Source: Planctomycetales bacterium
Lineage (GTDB): Bacteria > 4484-113
Length of the DNA stretch: 64,000 bases
Assembly (NCBI GenBank): GCA_037441675.1
Contig: JBBIRS010000003.1
Coordinates: 185,930 to 249,929 of the forward strand
Direction of reading: 5' to 3'
The notes below the pieces were generated by a model. That model had not been told where the DNA came from and searched no databases. It saw only the letters and a list, made by a program, of their open reading frames with translations. The translations under genes were made by a program, and so were the position numbers. Positions 53,730-63,383 of the stretch are shown piece after piece (positions within the stretch are counted from its first letter, which is position 1; each line of letters starts with the position of its first letter).

Positions 53730-54125
53730 ATGGATGTAGAGAGAACACTTATTACAGTCGGAAGAAGAAAGGAAGCGGTGGCAAGAGTCATTATCGCTCC
53801 CGGCTCAGGAAAAATTGCCATCAATCATCGTCCTCTAGATGAATACTTTCCAACTATCTCAACGCAATTTGTGGTTCTTGAACCACTAAGGGCTTTAGGG
53901 CTTCTAGAGAAGTACGATGTGTACGCTAACGTTCGTGGGGGTGGTATTAGTGGGCAGGCGGATGCAGTTCGCCTTGCAATTGCAAGATACCTTGAACAGC
54001 TCAATCCTGACTTTCGTCCTTATCTTAAGAAAAATGGATTTCTGACAAGAGACCCGCGAGTGAAGGAAAGAAAGAAATACGGTAGAAAGCGTGCCCGTAA
54101 ACAATTCCAATACAGAAAACGCTAG
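53730..54125 (+). CDS. rpsI: 30S ribosomal protein S9
   Basis: GRRKEAVARV, GGGISGQA and LTRDPRVKERKKYG motifs. Confidence 0.98.
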   Translation: MDVERTLITVGRRKEAVARVIIAPGSGKIAINHRPLDEYFPTISTQFVVLEPLRALGLLEKYDVYANVRGGGISGQADAVRLAIARYLEQLNPDFRPYLKKNGFLTRDPRVKERKKYGRKRARKQFQYRKR

Positions 54126-55029
54126 AATGTCTTTGAATGAATCAATGAAGAATGTGCGTGAGAATATGACTTTTTCGCAAGCGCTCTTTATGCTCATAAT
54201 CATTTTGGCTGGTTCACTGCTAAGTTTTCCAGCATTTGCAGGCACTACTGATTTTCCTAGAATTGGCAGAATCACCTCTGAGGGCGCTAAACTCCTGTCA
54301 GCTCCAACTTATCAAGCCACGGTTGTACGTGAGGCTAAACTAAACGAAGAATTCACAGTGGTACAGCGAGTGAGCACTTTTTATTTGGTCAAAGATACTG
54401 TTTCTGGGTCTTTTCTTTTCGTTGACCAGCTAGCTGTGTCCTTTTTGGAAAAGGTTCCAGAGTCTGAGCGGCGAAAGAAATACATTCGTGACGATATTAT
54501 GAGGCTGGGACTCTCTCATCCTGATTGGCAGTTTTCCGGTGAATATAAGAACTATAGGGCTAGAGGCAGAAAAGGTTTTGATGTGCCTTACGATGGTCGC
54601 GCTAAGGGGAAATCGTATCCCACAAATTACTCTTCAAATTATGACTACGTTCCCATGGTAGATGGCGAGAAGGTTCTAGCAGTAGCCAAGAGGTATCTTG
54701 GAATGCCATATCGGCTAGGCGGGAACGGCAATGGTTCAATTGACTGCTCCGCTTTAACCGCAATTGCACTTGCGTCACAGGGGATAGAGCTTCCAAGAAG
54801 AGCTAGTTTACAGGCAAGCTTTGGAAGAATGGTGAGTAAAAGCGAGCTTAAAGTTGGCGACTTAGTATTCTTTAGGGATAATCTTGACCCTGGCTTTCTG
54901 TCCCATGTTGGTATATATGCTGGCGGCGGAAGGTTCCTTCATGCGTCTGCCAGTTTGGGTAAGGTTGGATATTCCTCCCTTTCTGAGCCTTACTACGCCT
55001 CTCATTTTGCTTTCGGTAGAGCGTTTTAG
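54091..55029 (+). CDS. NlpC/P60 cell-wall peptidase with N-terminal SH3-like domain
   Basis: YLGMPYRLGG, DCS, LPR, GDLVFF and HVGIY...FLHAS motifs; true start probably downstream of rpsI (54128 or later). Confidence 0.9.
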   Translation: MPVNNSNTENARMSLNESMKNVRENMTFSQALFMLIIILAGSLLSFPAFAGTTDFPRIGRITSEGAKLLSAPTYQATVVREAKLNEEFTVVQRVSTFYLVKDTVSGSFLFVDQLAVSFLEKVPESERRKKYIRDDIMRLGLSHPDWQFSGEYKNYRARGRKGFDVPYDGRAKGKSYPTNYSSNYDYVPMVDGEKVLAVAKRYLGMPYRLGGNGNGSIDCSALTAIALASQGIELPRRASLQASFGRMVSKSELKVGDLVFFRDNLDPGFLSHVGIYAGGGRFLHASASLGKVGYSSLSEPYYASHFAFGRAF

Positions 55030-55315
55030 CCTAGCATAAATCTTCTTGCAAGTTCGTTTACCCTCCTTTTTGATGATACTTATAAGCCAGCAGCTCCAAG
55101 TTGGGATAGTACCGCTTGTTTTAAGATTTAATATAGGCAAGTGATAGGTTTTTGGAGCGAGCTATGCCTGCTTTGAGATGATATGCTTATAAAGTTCATA
55201 TGGAAAAACCCTTGTCTACCTGTGAAAATCCTTATGTTGTTTTTTAGCTTCCTAAGATTCAGTCTCATTTTTTGCGGTATATTATATTCAGATGAGATTA
55301 TGACGTAATCTCATT

Positions 55316-57166
55316 ATGTTTCATTATTTTCCTGTTAGGTTGTTTGAAGTGAACATTAGAAGTTATTCAAAAATGTTTATTACCGCATTTATTCTTCTTT
55401 TTGTCATCCTTAGTATTTCGTGTGGTAAGAGCATTAGCGTTAGTGATGATAGTGGAGATGGTAAAAAAAGTGAGGAAATTAGTGAGGTTGGACAAGCTTT
55501 ATCAGGGCTTGAGGCCCTTCCCCCTACTGATGGTGTAGAGGCTGAGATTTTTAGCCTCTTAAAGGATGAGTTGGCAAGGCAACTAAATTCTAATTATATT
55601 CTAGAGAAGAACCAAAGAGTAGTTTCCATTCCCCCTAGAGGGGATGCTAATCAAGTGGATGACTTGACAATCACGGAAACAGATGGAACTACCATAACCT
55701 TAAGTTGGTCATACAAGAATCGTGGCGATTACAATCAGGATGGGACAGTAGATATTCAAGATATTAGCAAATTGGCTCAACATTTCTTACACGTATCATC
55801 GGCAACAGGAGGCGAAGAGACGGATCCTGAGGATATCGTAATTGATGGGAATGCTGATGGTCGGGTAAACATTGGCGATGTTTCAACCTTGGCAAGGAAC
55901 TTCTTCACCAACTGTGCAGGGTATAAAATTCTTGGCACGGATATTGATGGTTTGAGCTTTACGGATATTGACTTTGTGCCTTTTAGTGAAGCAACTGGCA
56001 AGGAAAACGGATGGGCTAAATTTAGCTTTACTTTTGAAGTAGGAAACTTCGTGCGTTTCAAAGTAGCCGCGGTGGATAGGCAGGGTGCTCTAGGGGCAGA
56101 ATCAACGACGATCGCAAGTCTCAACCCAGAACCTCCCAGCATCATTTCAGTCTCGCCCCAGAGTGGGACTTCGGCTCAAGTTACTACTTTCTCCGCTACA
56201 TTCTTTGGGACTGAACCGATTAGTTTTGAGTGGAACTTTGGTGGAGGTGCAGATCCAAATACTTCTCCGGAGCGTTCTCCAAGCGTTACACTTATGACGC
56301 CTGGCTCTTACACCGGTAGCCTTACGCTAACTAATGAGCTTGGAAGTGACACAATGGAATTTACCTATGATGTTATTGAAGCTAGAGTTGCGCCATCCAT
56401 TGTTTCAATTAACGCAAGCGGTGGCGTTATTGGTGGAGCGGGTAGTTTTAGCGCAGAGGTAACGGGAAGTTTGCCGATTTCCTACTCGTGGAATTTTGGT
56501 GGCGGGGCGATGCCGAATGTCTCAAGCGACCCTGCGCCAATTGTCACAATGGGCAACCCTGGAACTTACAATGGTAGTTTAACCGTCACTAACGATGTCG
56601 GCAGTGACACAAAGACATTTATCTACCAAGTTGTTGGCATAACTCCATCTATCCAATCCATAAATTTCTCTGGAGGTAGGGCTGGTGCTCAAGTTGCTTT
56701 CTCCGTAACTGTTACCGGTACCTCGCCACTAACATATCAATGGGACTTTGGCGGAGGAGCTACCCCCAATAGTTTCACGACTGAATCCGGGGTCGTGACA
56801 CTTGGCTCGGTAGGAAGCTATACCGGAAGCGTAACTGTGAGTAACGACTGGGGAAGCGATACCGAAACGTTTAATTTCACCGTTACTGATAACCCTGAGC
56901 CTACTGTTCACGATGTTATTATTCAAGGATTTGCCTTCATCCCCAACGATATCACAGTTAGACTTGGCGATACGGTTCGGTGGACTAACAAAGATAGCGT
57001 TAGACATACCGCAACCTGCTTTGTACCTGATGGACCCGTTTCTTTTGACACTTTAGAGTTTGGTAAAAATGAATCTCGCTCCGTTACTTTCACTGTGCCA
57101 GGGGTCTACAACTACCACTGCGAAATACATCCATTTATGACCGCGAGAATTACCGTGGCAGAGTGA
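55316..57166 (+). CDS. Lipoprotein with dockerin/EF-hand-like pair, 3 PKD repeats and C-terminal cupredoxin (plastocyanin-like) domain
   Basis: Lipobox SISC; GDYNQDGTVDIQD and DGNADGRVNIGD; W(N/D)FGGGA.PN x3; type-1 Cu ligands H(TAT)...CEIHPFM. Confidence 0.85.
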   Translation: MFHYFPVRLFEVNIRSYSKMFITAFILLFVILSISCGKSISVSDDSGDGKKSEEISEVGQALSGLEALPPTDGVEAEIFSLLKDELARQLNSNYILEKNQRVVSIPPRGDANQVDDLTITETDGTTITLSWSYKNRGDYNQDGTVDIQDISKLAQHFLHVSSATGGEETDPEDIVIDGNADGRVNIGDVSTLARNFFTNCAGYKILGTDIDGLSFTDIDFVPFSEATGKENGWAKFSFTFEVGNFVRFKVAAVDRQGALGAESTTIASLNPEPPSIISVSPQSGTSAQVTTFSATFFGTEPISFEWNFGGGADPNTSPERSPSVTLMTPGSYTGSLTLTNELGSDTMEFTYDVIEARVAPSIVSINASGGVIGGAGSFSAEVTGSLPISYSWNFGGGAMPNVSSDPAPIVTMGNPGTYNGSLTVTNDVGSDTKTFIYQVVGITPSIQSINFSGGRAGAQVAFSVTVTGTSPLTYQWDFGGGATPNSFTTESGVVTLGSVGSYTGSVTVSNDWGSDTETFNFTVTDNPEPTVHDVIIQGFAFIPNDITVRLGDTVRWTNKDSVRHTATCFVPDGPVSFDTLEFGKNESRSVTFTVPGVYNYHCEIHPFMTARITVAE

Positions 57167-57401
57167 GGCAGTCTTGGGGAAAACCCTGATGAAAAGCTTA
57201 CTCTTTTAGGTTGGCGTGACGTTTTGCTAAGGCATTCGATTTAAGTAAATTGATATTTCAATCAAAGCTAAATTTCTGCGATTTGGCTAGTCATTCGTTG
57301 AAGAACGTTCTTATTCTATGCTAGAATTTCGTAAATGAGCAATCGTTTTTTCTTGCGTAGATTGATCTAGCCTGTAGAATAAAGTTGGGTTGAGTGAAAA
57401 T

Positions 57402-57475
57402 GCCCACATAGCTCAGTTGGTTAGAGCGCGTCCTTGGTAAGGACGAGGTCGCCGGTTCAAATCCGGCTGTGGGCT
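57402..57475 (+). tRNA. tRNA-Thr(GGT)
   Basis: Acceptor GCCCACA/TGTGGGC, D-arm TAGCTCAGTTGGTTAGAGC, anticodon stem CGTCC-TTGGTAA-GGACG, T-loop GTTCAAATC; CCA not encoded. Confidence 0.97.
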
Positions 57476-57622
57476 TTTGTGCCATTATTGCCAGATGGTT
57501 CAGCGCGGGTTAACGGCTCAGCAGATAAGGGAGAAGCCAGCTTGCGTGTTTCTTTCTCGGGATGAAACAACGAGTGAGGCGCATAAGTAAGGCATTGCTC
57601 AGCAAGGACATTTGTAGAAGAT

Positions 57623-57651
57623 TTGTAAAAGTCGGGTTTATGTGTTATAAT
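57623..57651 (+). promoter_or_regulatory. Sigma70-type promoter
   Basis: TTGTAA-17 bp-TATAAT with extended -10 TG. Confidence 0.65.
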
Positions 57652-57657
57652 GTAGGT

Positions 57658-57770
57658 GAGCTTCACGGCTGGCTATCTGATGGGCAACAAGGAAACCTCG
57701 GGCAGTCAGCCGCCAGGAGGCAGGGTTTTCTCCTTCTTAAGTCGCGCCGTCTGAGGCGCGATTTAGTTTT
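57658..57770 (+). ncRNA. Candidate small RNA (about 113 nt), unknown family
   Basis: Lies between the promoter above and a terminator; stem 57667-57680/57698-57711; terminator TAAGTCGCGCC/GGCGCGATTTA plus T-run. Confidence 0.45.
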
Positions 57771-58051
57771 CAGGCGCTATTAGGCTTCTCAGGTTGCGGG
57801 ACACGGATCTATTGGAATGATGTGATGCCAATGAACCGGCGCTCACTATGTTTGGGAGAGACATCTGCATCCGCAGAGTTAAACTCAGCTAAATAGATGC
57901 ACATTAAAAGATGAACATTAGGGGGCGCTCCCCATCCGTTGGCGGGTAGATGACCTGCAAGCCCTTTCGTTTGGGATTTCTATATTTCCATACTATCTCC
58001 CAACCGCAGGCACCAATTCAATTTCATAGTGAGGAAAAAAACGAAAGATAC

Positions 58052-58080
58052 TTGACAAGATTCTACCATTATGTTAAAAT
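58052..58080 (+). promoter_or_regulatory. Strong sigma70-type promoter upstream of the Cas12f locus
   Basis: TTGACA-17 bp-TAAAAT, extended TG, A-rich UP-like tract. Confidence 0.75.
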
Positions 58081-58086
58081 AAAAAT

Positions 58087-58260
58087 TAAGTAGCGTATAG
58101 CCGATAGATTTGGCAGAGTCTCTACTGGGGGTAACCAACCCCACGCCCGGTCTTTTGCAAAGGCCCAGAGGCGGGTCACTCTTGGAGGAGATGACCGGAT
58201 GCCCCATTTGGGGATATAGGATGAATCGACATCTCTCGCCGACGAAACGGGCAGGTACTT
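58087..58260 (+). ncRNA. Candidate multi-hairpin RNA, unknown family
   Basis: GC-rich block right after the promoter with at least five consecutive hairpins. Confidence 0.4.
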
Positions 58261-58330
58261 TGAAATAATTTATTAGAAGTAATTAGGGAATGCTAAAATA
58301 CAGTAAACCGAAAGTTTGTAATGACAGTTT

Positions 58331-58448
58331 ACCGATTCACCTCACTTTACGCTTTCTGCCTTCCAATCCAGATGTAAGCTGAAGGTGAGGCCTTGCCTTC
58401 TCTAATCTGCCCATTGAAGGACTGCAACTATTTCCACCCAGCTGATAT
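58331..58448 (+). ncRNA. Putative Cas12f single-guide-like RNA (tracr-like stem, anti-repeat, repeat 3' end, about 20-nt guide)
   Basis: Colinear motifs resembling the Un1Cas12f1 tracr/crRNA as recalled; ends ATTGAAGGACTGCAAC; internal pairings visible. Confidence 0.5.
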
Positions 58449-58468
58449 TAGCGCTTCCCAAAGTGCGT

Positions 58469-58654
58469 TACATAAATTTTCTAGTTTCCAATGAGCTATT
58501 AAGCGTTGACGTTAGCAGGAAAGCAGAAGTTCTAAAAGAATTAAAGAAAATAAGAGAAATTCTTGCATCCGAGCTTACGCCGGCGCCGACTCCTTACAAG
58601 CGTCGGTGGGCAGACTGTTGCTAAAATTCACTTTGCTTAGAAGATTTAAAATGA
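58469..58654 (+). pseudogene. cas4: cas4 C-terminal remnant
   Basis: YINFLVSNELLSVDV...LKKIREILASELTPAPTPYKRRWADCC*NSLC resembles the Cas4 C-terminal P....RCxxCxY...C Fe-S motif; its TGA overlaps the cas12f ATG (ATGA). Confidence 0.6.
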
Positions 58655-60194
58655 AAATTAAGAAAACGGTAAGAATGAGAATTGTACGTCCATTTTATTC
58701 TCCCATTGTTGAAGAAAGAATTCGCGAGGAAAAGGCTATAAAAGAGGACGGGGACATCTCAGGAAAGAAGGAATTCTGGCGTAAGCTCAAGACGGATTTT
58801 CCCGATATCGTGACGTGGAATGAGCTAGGTTTGGTTCTTAGGCATCTTCAGAGCGAGATAACCCGTGTCTATAACCGAGCAGCGAGCGCCATCTATTCAA
58901 TAATAATCTCACTAAGAGACGACTCAGATAAACAAAAATTGGCATTACTAAGCTACGGAAATATCGGACGACGATTGGAAAGAACTTACTGAGGGTGGTA
59001 AGAGGATTGGAATGGATAGTTTGTTAGGTAGAATAGGTTATAAACAAGCATATGCTATCGCAGAAAGTTCAGCAATTGCTCTTGGCGTCAGGGAGAAGCT
59101 GAAATCTAGTTTTTCGGGTGACAATCTCAGGGAATTGAAGTCTGGGCAGAGGTCCCTTTCAACGGCAAGGTCGGACCGATTCCCGATTCCGATTTACTCT
59201 CAATTGGACAAAGAATCACTCAAAGATGGCTTTAAGATTAGGGAGGAAAAACGGGGATTTCATTCTTAGTATTCCTTTTCCACATTTTAACGTTGTTAAA
59301 AAAGGTAATAAGTTTGAAGTAGAATTTCCACCTCAAAAGGGTAAACGGAAAGTGGATTTGATGCTTCTATTGTCAACAAAATCTCGCAGGCGAAGGGGAA
59401 GTTGGCAGGGAAGCGCGGGTACGGATGCCGAAGTGAGGCGGCTGATGTCTGGCGAGTATCGTACCAGTTGGATTGAAATAATGCCCGGTCGAACTCTCAG
59501 AGATAAGAAAGAGTGGTTCGTACACATTACGTACGAATTTGAGCCTGAGGTATGAGAATTAGACCGCTCAATAATAGGTGGTATTGATTTAGGGATGGAT
59601 AATCCAATCTACTGCGCAGTGAGCAATTCCCTTAAGCGACTAAGAATAGGCGCTAACGAGGTGGAAGAACTTACAAAGAAACAACTTTCAAGATTAAGAG
59701 GTCTTCAGGAAGGCTCTGGTCCGAGTCGCACTGGCCACGGTAAGAAGCGCAAGTTTGCCCCGGTTAAAACGTTCCGGCGAAAGTATGTTGAGCGGGGAAA
59801 AAAAGTTATTGAGAAATGGGCTAAACAGGTGGCGGACTTTTTCCTTCATGAGCGTGCTGGTCTCGTGCTGATGGAGCGTTTAGACAGCCTAATTGAAAGA
59901 ATCAGAAAGGGTGAATCGTTCTTTGAAATTCAGGCACGGCTAACCTGGCCCATTAAGGAGATGATTGAACGTATAAAGTGGAAGCTGAAAGAACATGGGA
60001 TTGAAGTATGCGAGATTGACCCTAAGGATACTTCAAAGACCTGCAGTGATTGTGGGCACATAAACGAATATTTTACCGGTGATTATCGCTGAAAAAATAA
60101 TATGCCGAAATTCAAGTGTGAGTCTTGCGGGTTTGAATGCCCTGCAGACTACAATGCTGCAAAGAATATAGCCCACTGGAAAGTTAAAGGTTAG
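58651..60194 (+). pseudogene. cas12f: Type V-F Cas12f1 (Cas14a-like) effector, disrupted by two +1 frameshifts (~58945, ~59250) and two in-frame TGA (59553, 60090)
   Basis: KKTVRMRIVRPF, FPD.V.W.E, SD.FPIP, LLLST..R, GT.AE....M.G.Y.TS.IE, RuvC-I IIGGIDLG, R.GHG.K.K..P, RuvC-II MERL, TSKTCSDCGH, FKCESCG and RuvC-III ADYNAA are colinear with Un1Cas12f1. Confidence 0.88.
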
Positions 60195-60195
60195 C

Positions 60196-60230
60196 AGGCG
60201 CCGGTGCAGTACCGGTGCCTTTCTTCTTTT
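60196..60230 (+). terminator. Terminator after cas12f
   Basis: AGGCGCCGGT/ACCGGTGCCT stem followed by TTCTTCTTTT. Confidence 0.7.
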
Positions 60231-60268
60231 GGACAGCTTCAAATTTCCAAAAATTTTCCGCCCACCAC

Positions 60269-60297
60269 TTGACAGTGTAACTTTTTCAAGTTAAAGT
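60269..60297 (+). promoter_or_regulatory. Promoter for the stand-alone 23S rRNA
   Basis: TTGACA-17 bp-TAAAGT; a second TATAAT at 60312-60317. Confidence 0.65.
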
Positions 60298-61213
60298 ATA
60301 TTCTTGCGAGGTATAATATATTGCGGACTGTTTGCGCTGAATTTTGTGCGTGGATGGTTCTTATATCAACCTATGATAAAAACGCTGATTGCGGAAGTAG
60401 GGTCTTGCCTTGAAGGATTTAGCGCGAAGGATTCTCCTTCCTGGGTTGACCCTGAAGGGAAGGTGATAGCTTGGTAAGCAGGCTTTTGTACCAAATCCAA
60501 GCTATGCTTCCTCTGAACCTTGAAAACTGTGATTCGGGTATGTAGCAACTTCGGTGGTTGCCCTACCTTGATTCGCAGTTTTCGGTTCGAAGCTTCCGTG
60601 GCAGTCTTGAAGAGAACTCCTCAAAGACTTCCCAAAAGCTTCTTCAAACCCTTAAACTAGTTAACTCAAGGTAGGGTGGTCAAGATACTAAGGGCGTACG
60701 GTGGATGCCTTGGCGCCGGAAGCCGATGAAGGACGTGGTCAGCTGCGATAAGCCTCGGGGAGGTGCGACAACCTTTGATCCGTGGATTTCCGAATGGGGT
60801 AACCCGGCAGGCTTAATCGCCTGTCACCTTCTAGTGAACACATAGCTAGAAGGAGGGAAGCCAGTGAACTGAAACATCTTAGTAGCTGGACATAAAAGAA
60901 AGAAAATCTCGATTCCCTAAGTAGTGGCGAGCGAAACGGGAAGAGCCTAAATCGCGTTAGTGTAAGACTGCAGTCATTGCTAGCGCGAGGTTTTGGAGCG
61001 AACTAACTCGTCTGCAGAGCGGGTAGCAAGTTACCAATCCATCATCTAGTAGAAACGGCTGGAAAGCTGTGCCAGAGAGGGTGACAGCCCCGTATACGAA
61101 AGGTGATGGACTTGCGTTCGTTTCCAGAGTACCACGGGACACGTGCAACCCTGTGGGAAGATGGGAGGTCCAACTCCCAAGGCTAAACACTCTCCGGCGA
61201 CCGATAGTGAACC

Positions 61214-61244
<31 letters not shown>

Positions 61245-62131
61245 GGGAGGGGAGTGAAATAGAACCTGAAACCGTATGCCTACAAGCTGTCGGAGTCTCG
61301 TGGCAACACGGGATGACGGCGTGCCTTTTGTGTAATGAGCCAGCGAGTTGTCCTCGGCAGCGAGGTTAAGGGATAAATCCCGAACCCGTAGCGAAAGCGA
61401 GTCTGAATAGGGCGATTCAGTAGCCTTTGGCTACTAAAGTTGCCGGGGGCAGACCCGAAACCAGGTGAGCTACCCATGGGCAGGCTGAAGGTCGCTTAAC
61501 GGCGGCTGGAGGGCCGAACCTTTCAGCGTTGAAAAGCTGTGGGATGACCTGTGGGTAGCGGTGAAAAGCCTAACGAACCTGGAGATATCTGGTTCTCCCC
61601 GAAATGCCTATAAGGGCAGCCTTGGGTAAATGGAGCGCGGGGGTATGGCTCTGGATGGCCTAGGGGCCCTAACCGGTTACCAAAGTCAACCAAACCGAAA
61701 ATACCGCGCCACCTTAGCCCAGGAGTGAGAACGCGGGGGATAAGCTCCGCGCTCAAGAGGGAAACAACCCAGACCAGCAGTTAAGGTCCCTAATTCAGGC
61801 TAAGTGGGAAAGGAGGTGGAGCCTCTTAGACAACCGGGAGGTTGGCTTAGAAGCAGCCATCCTTAAAAGAAAGCGTAACAGCTCACTGGTCAAGAGACTC
61901 TGCGCCGAAAATTTAACGGGGCTAAGCCTGAAACCGAAACTCTGGACTGTCCCTTTTTAGGGGCAGTGGTAGGGGAGCGTTCTGGAGGAGATACTAGCTT
62001 CTAGGTGACTAGGAGTTTTGGCCTTCAGAAGTGAGGATGCTGGCATGAGTAACGATAAGATGGGTGAGAATCCCGTCCGCCGAAAGCCTAAGGTTTCCTG
62101 GGGCAGGTTCGTCCTCCCAGGGTTAGTCGGT

Positions 62132-62163
<32 letters not shown>

Positions 62164-62663
62164 CTAGCGGGTTAATATTCCCGCACCACGCAAAGTTCTT
62201 TGAAGCGACTGGGGACGCCTCGGGGTAGCCTGGAAGGCTGATGGTTGTGCCTATCCGGGACATAGGGGCGGTGTGTCCACCCTGAAGGGAACTGGCGACC
62301 GAGCGGGTAACCAATCGGGAGCAGGTGATCCCCGAGGACAAGAAAAGCCGGTTGTGGAGGACTTTGGGTGACCGTACCGCAAACCGACACAGGTAGGCGA
62401 GGAGAGAATCCTAAGGCGTTCGAGCTAACCACCGCTAAGGAACTAGGCAAACTCGTCCCGTAACTTCGGGAGAAGGGACGCCACGTTAGGGTGTAAGGGC
62501 TTGCCCCCTAAGCCCGAGGTGGCCGCAGTGAAAAGGCCTGGGAGACTGTTTAACAAAAACACAGGGCTCTGCTAAGGCGAAAGCCTACGTATAGGGCCTG
62601 ACGCGTGCCCGGTGCCGGAAGGTTAAGGAAGGGCGTTAGCCCGCAAGGGCGAAGCGTCCGACT

Positions 62664-63383
<720 letters not shown>

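Noticed and set aside
318..57007. Numerous 60-140 aa ORFs antisense to or nested in long genes
   Set aside because: They overlap well-supported genes and show no recognisable motifs
57793..57961. Possible degenerate CRISPR array (GTTGCGGGACACGG...AATGATGTGATGCCAA, then TGCATC...GATGCA)
   Set aside because: The first unit vaguely resembles a Cas14a repeat, but the supposed copies are not alignable with each other
57983..57990. 8-nt match (TATTTCCA) to the start of the putative guide, just upstream of the locus promoter (possible autoregulation)
   Set aside because: Too short and AT-rich, and the 5' flank is TCTA rather than TTTR; worth revisiting only if the PAM is determined
58651..60194. 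Nuclease-dead Cas12f/TldR-type regulator with sigma-factor partner
   Set aside because: The RuvC D-E-D residues are all retained and no sigma factor or HTH gene is adjacent
57402..60230. tRNA-Thr-integrated island or IS200/IS605 element carrying cas12f
   Set aside because: No duplicated tRNA 3' end, integrase, tnpA or recognisable transposon ends found
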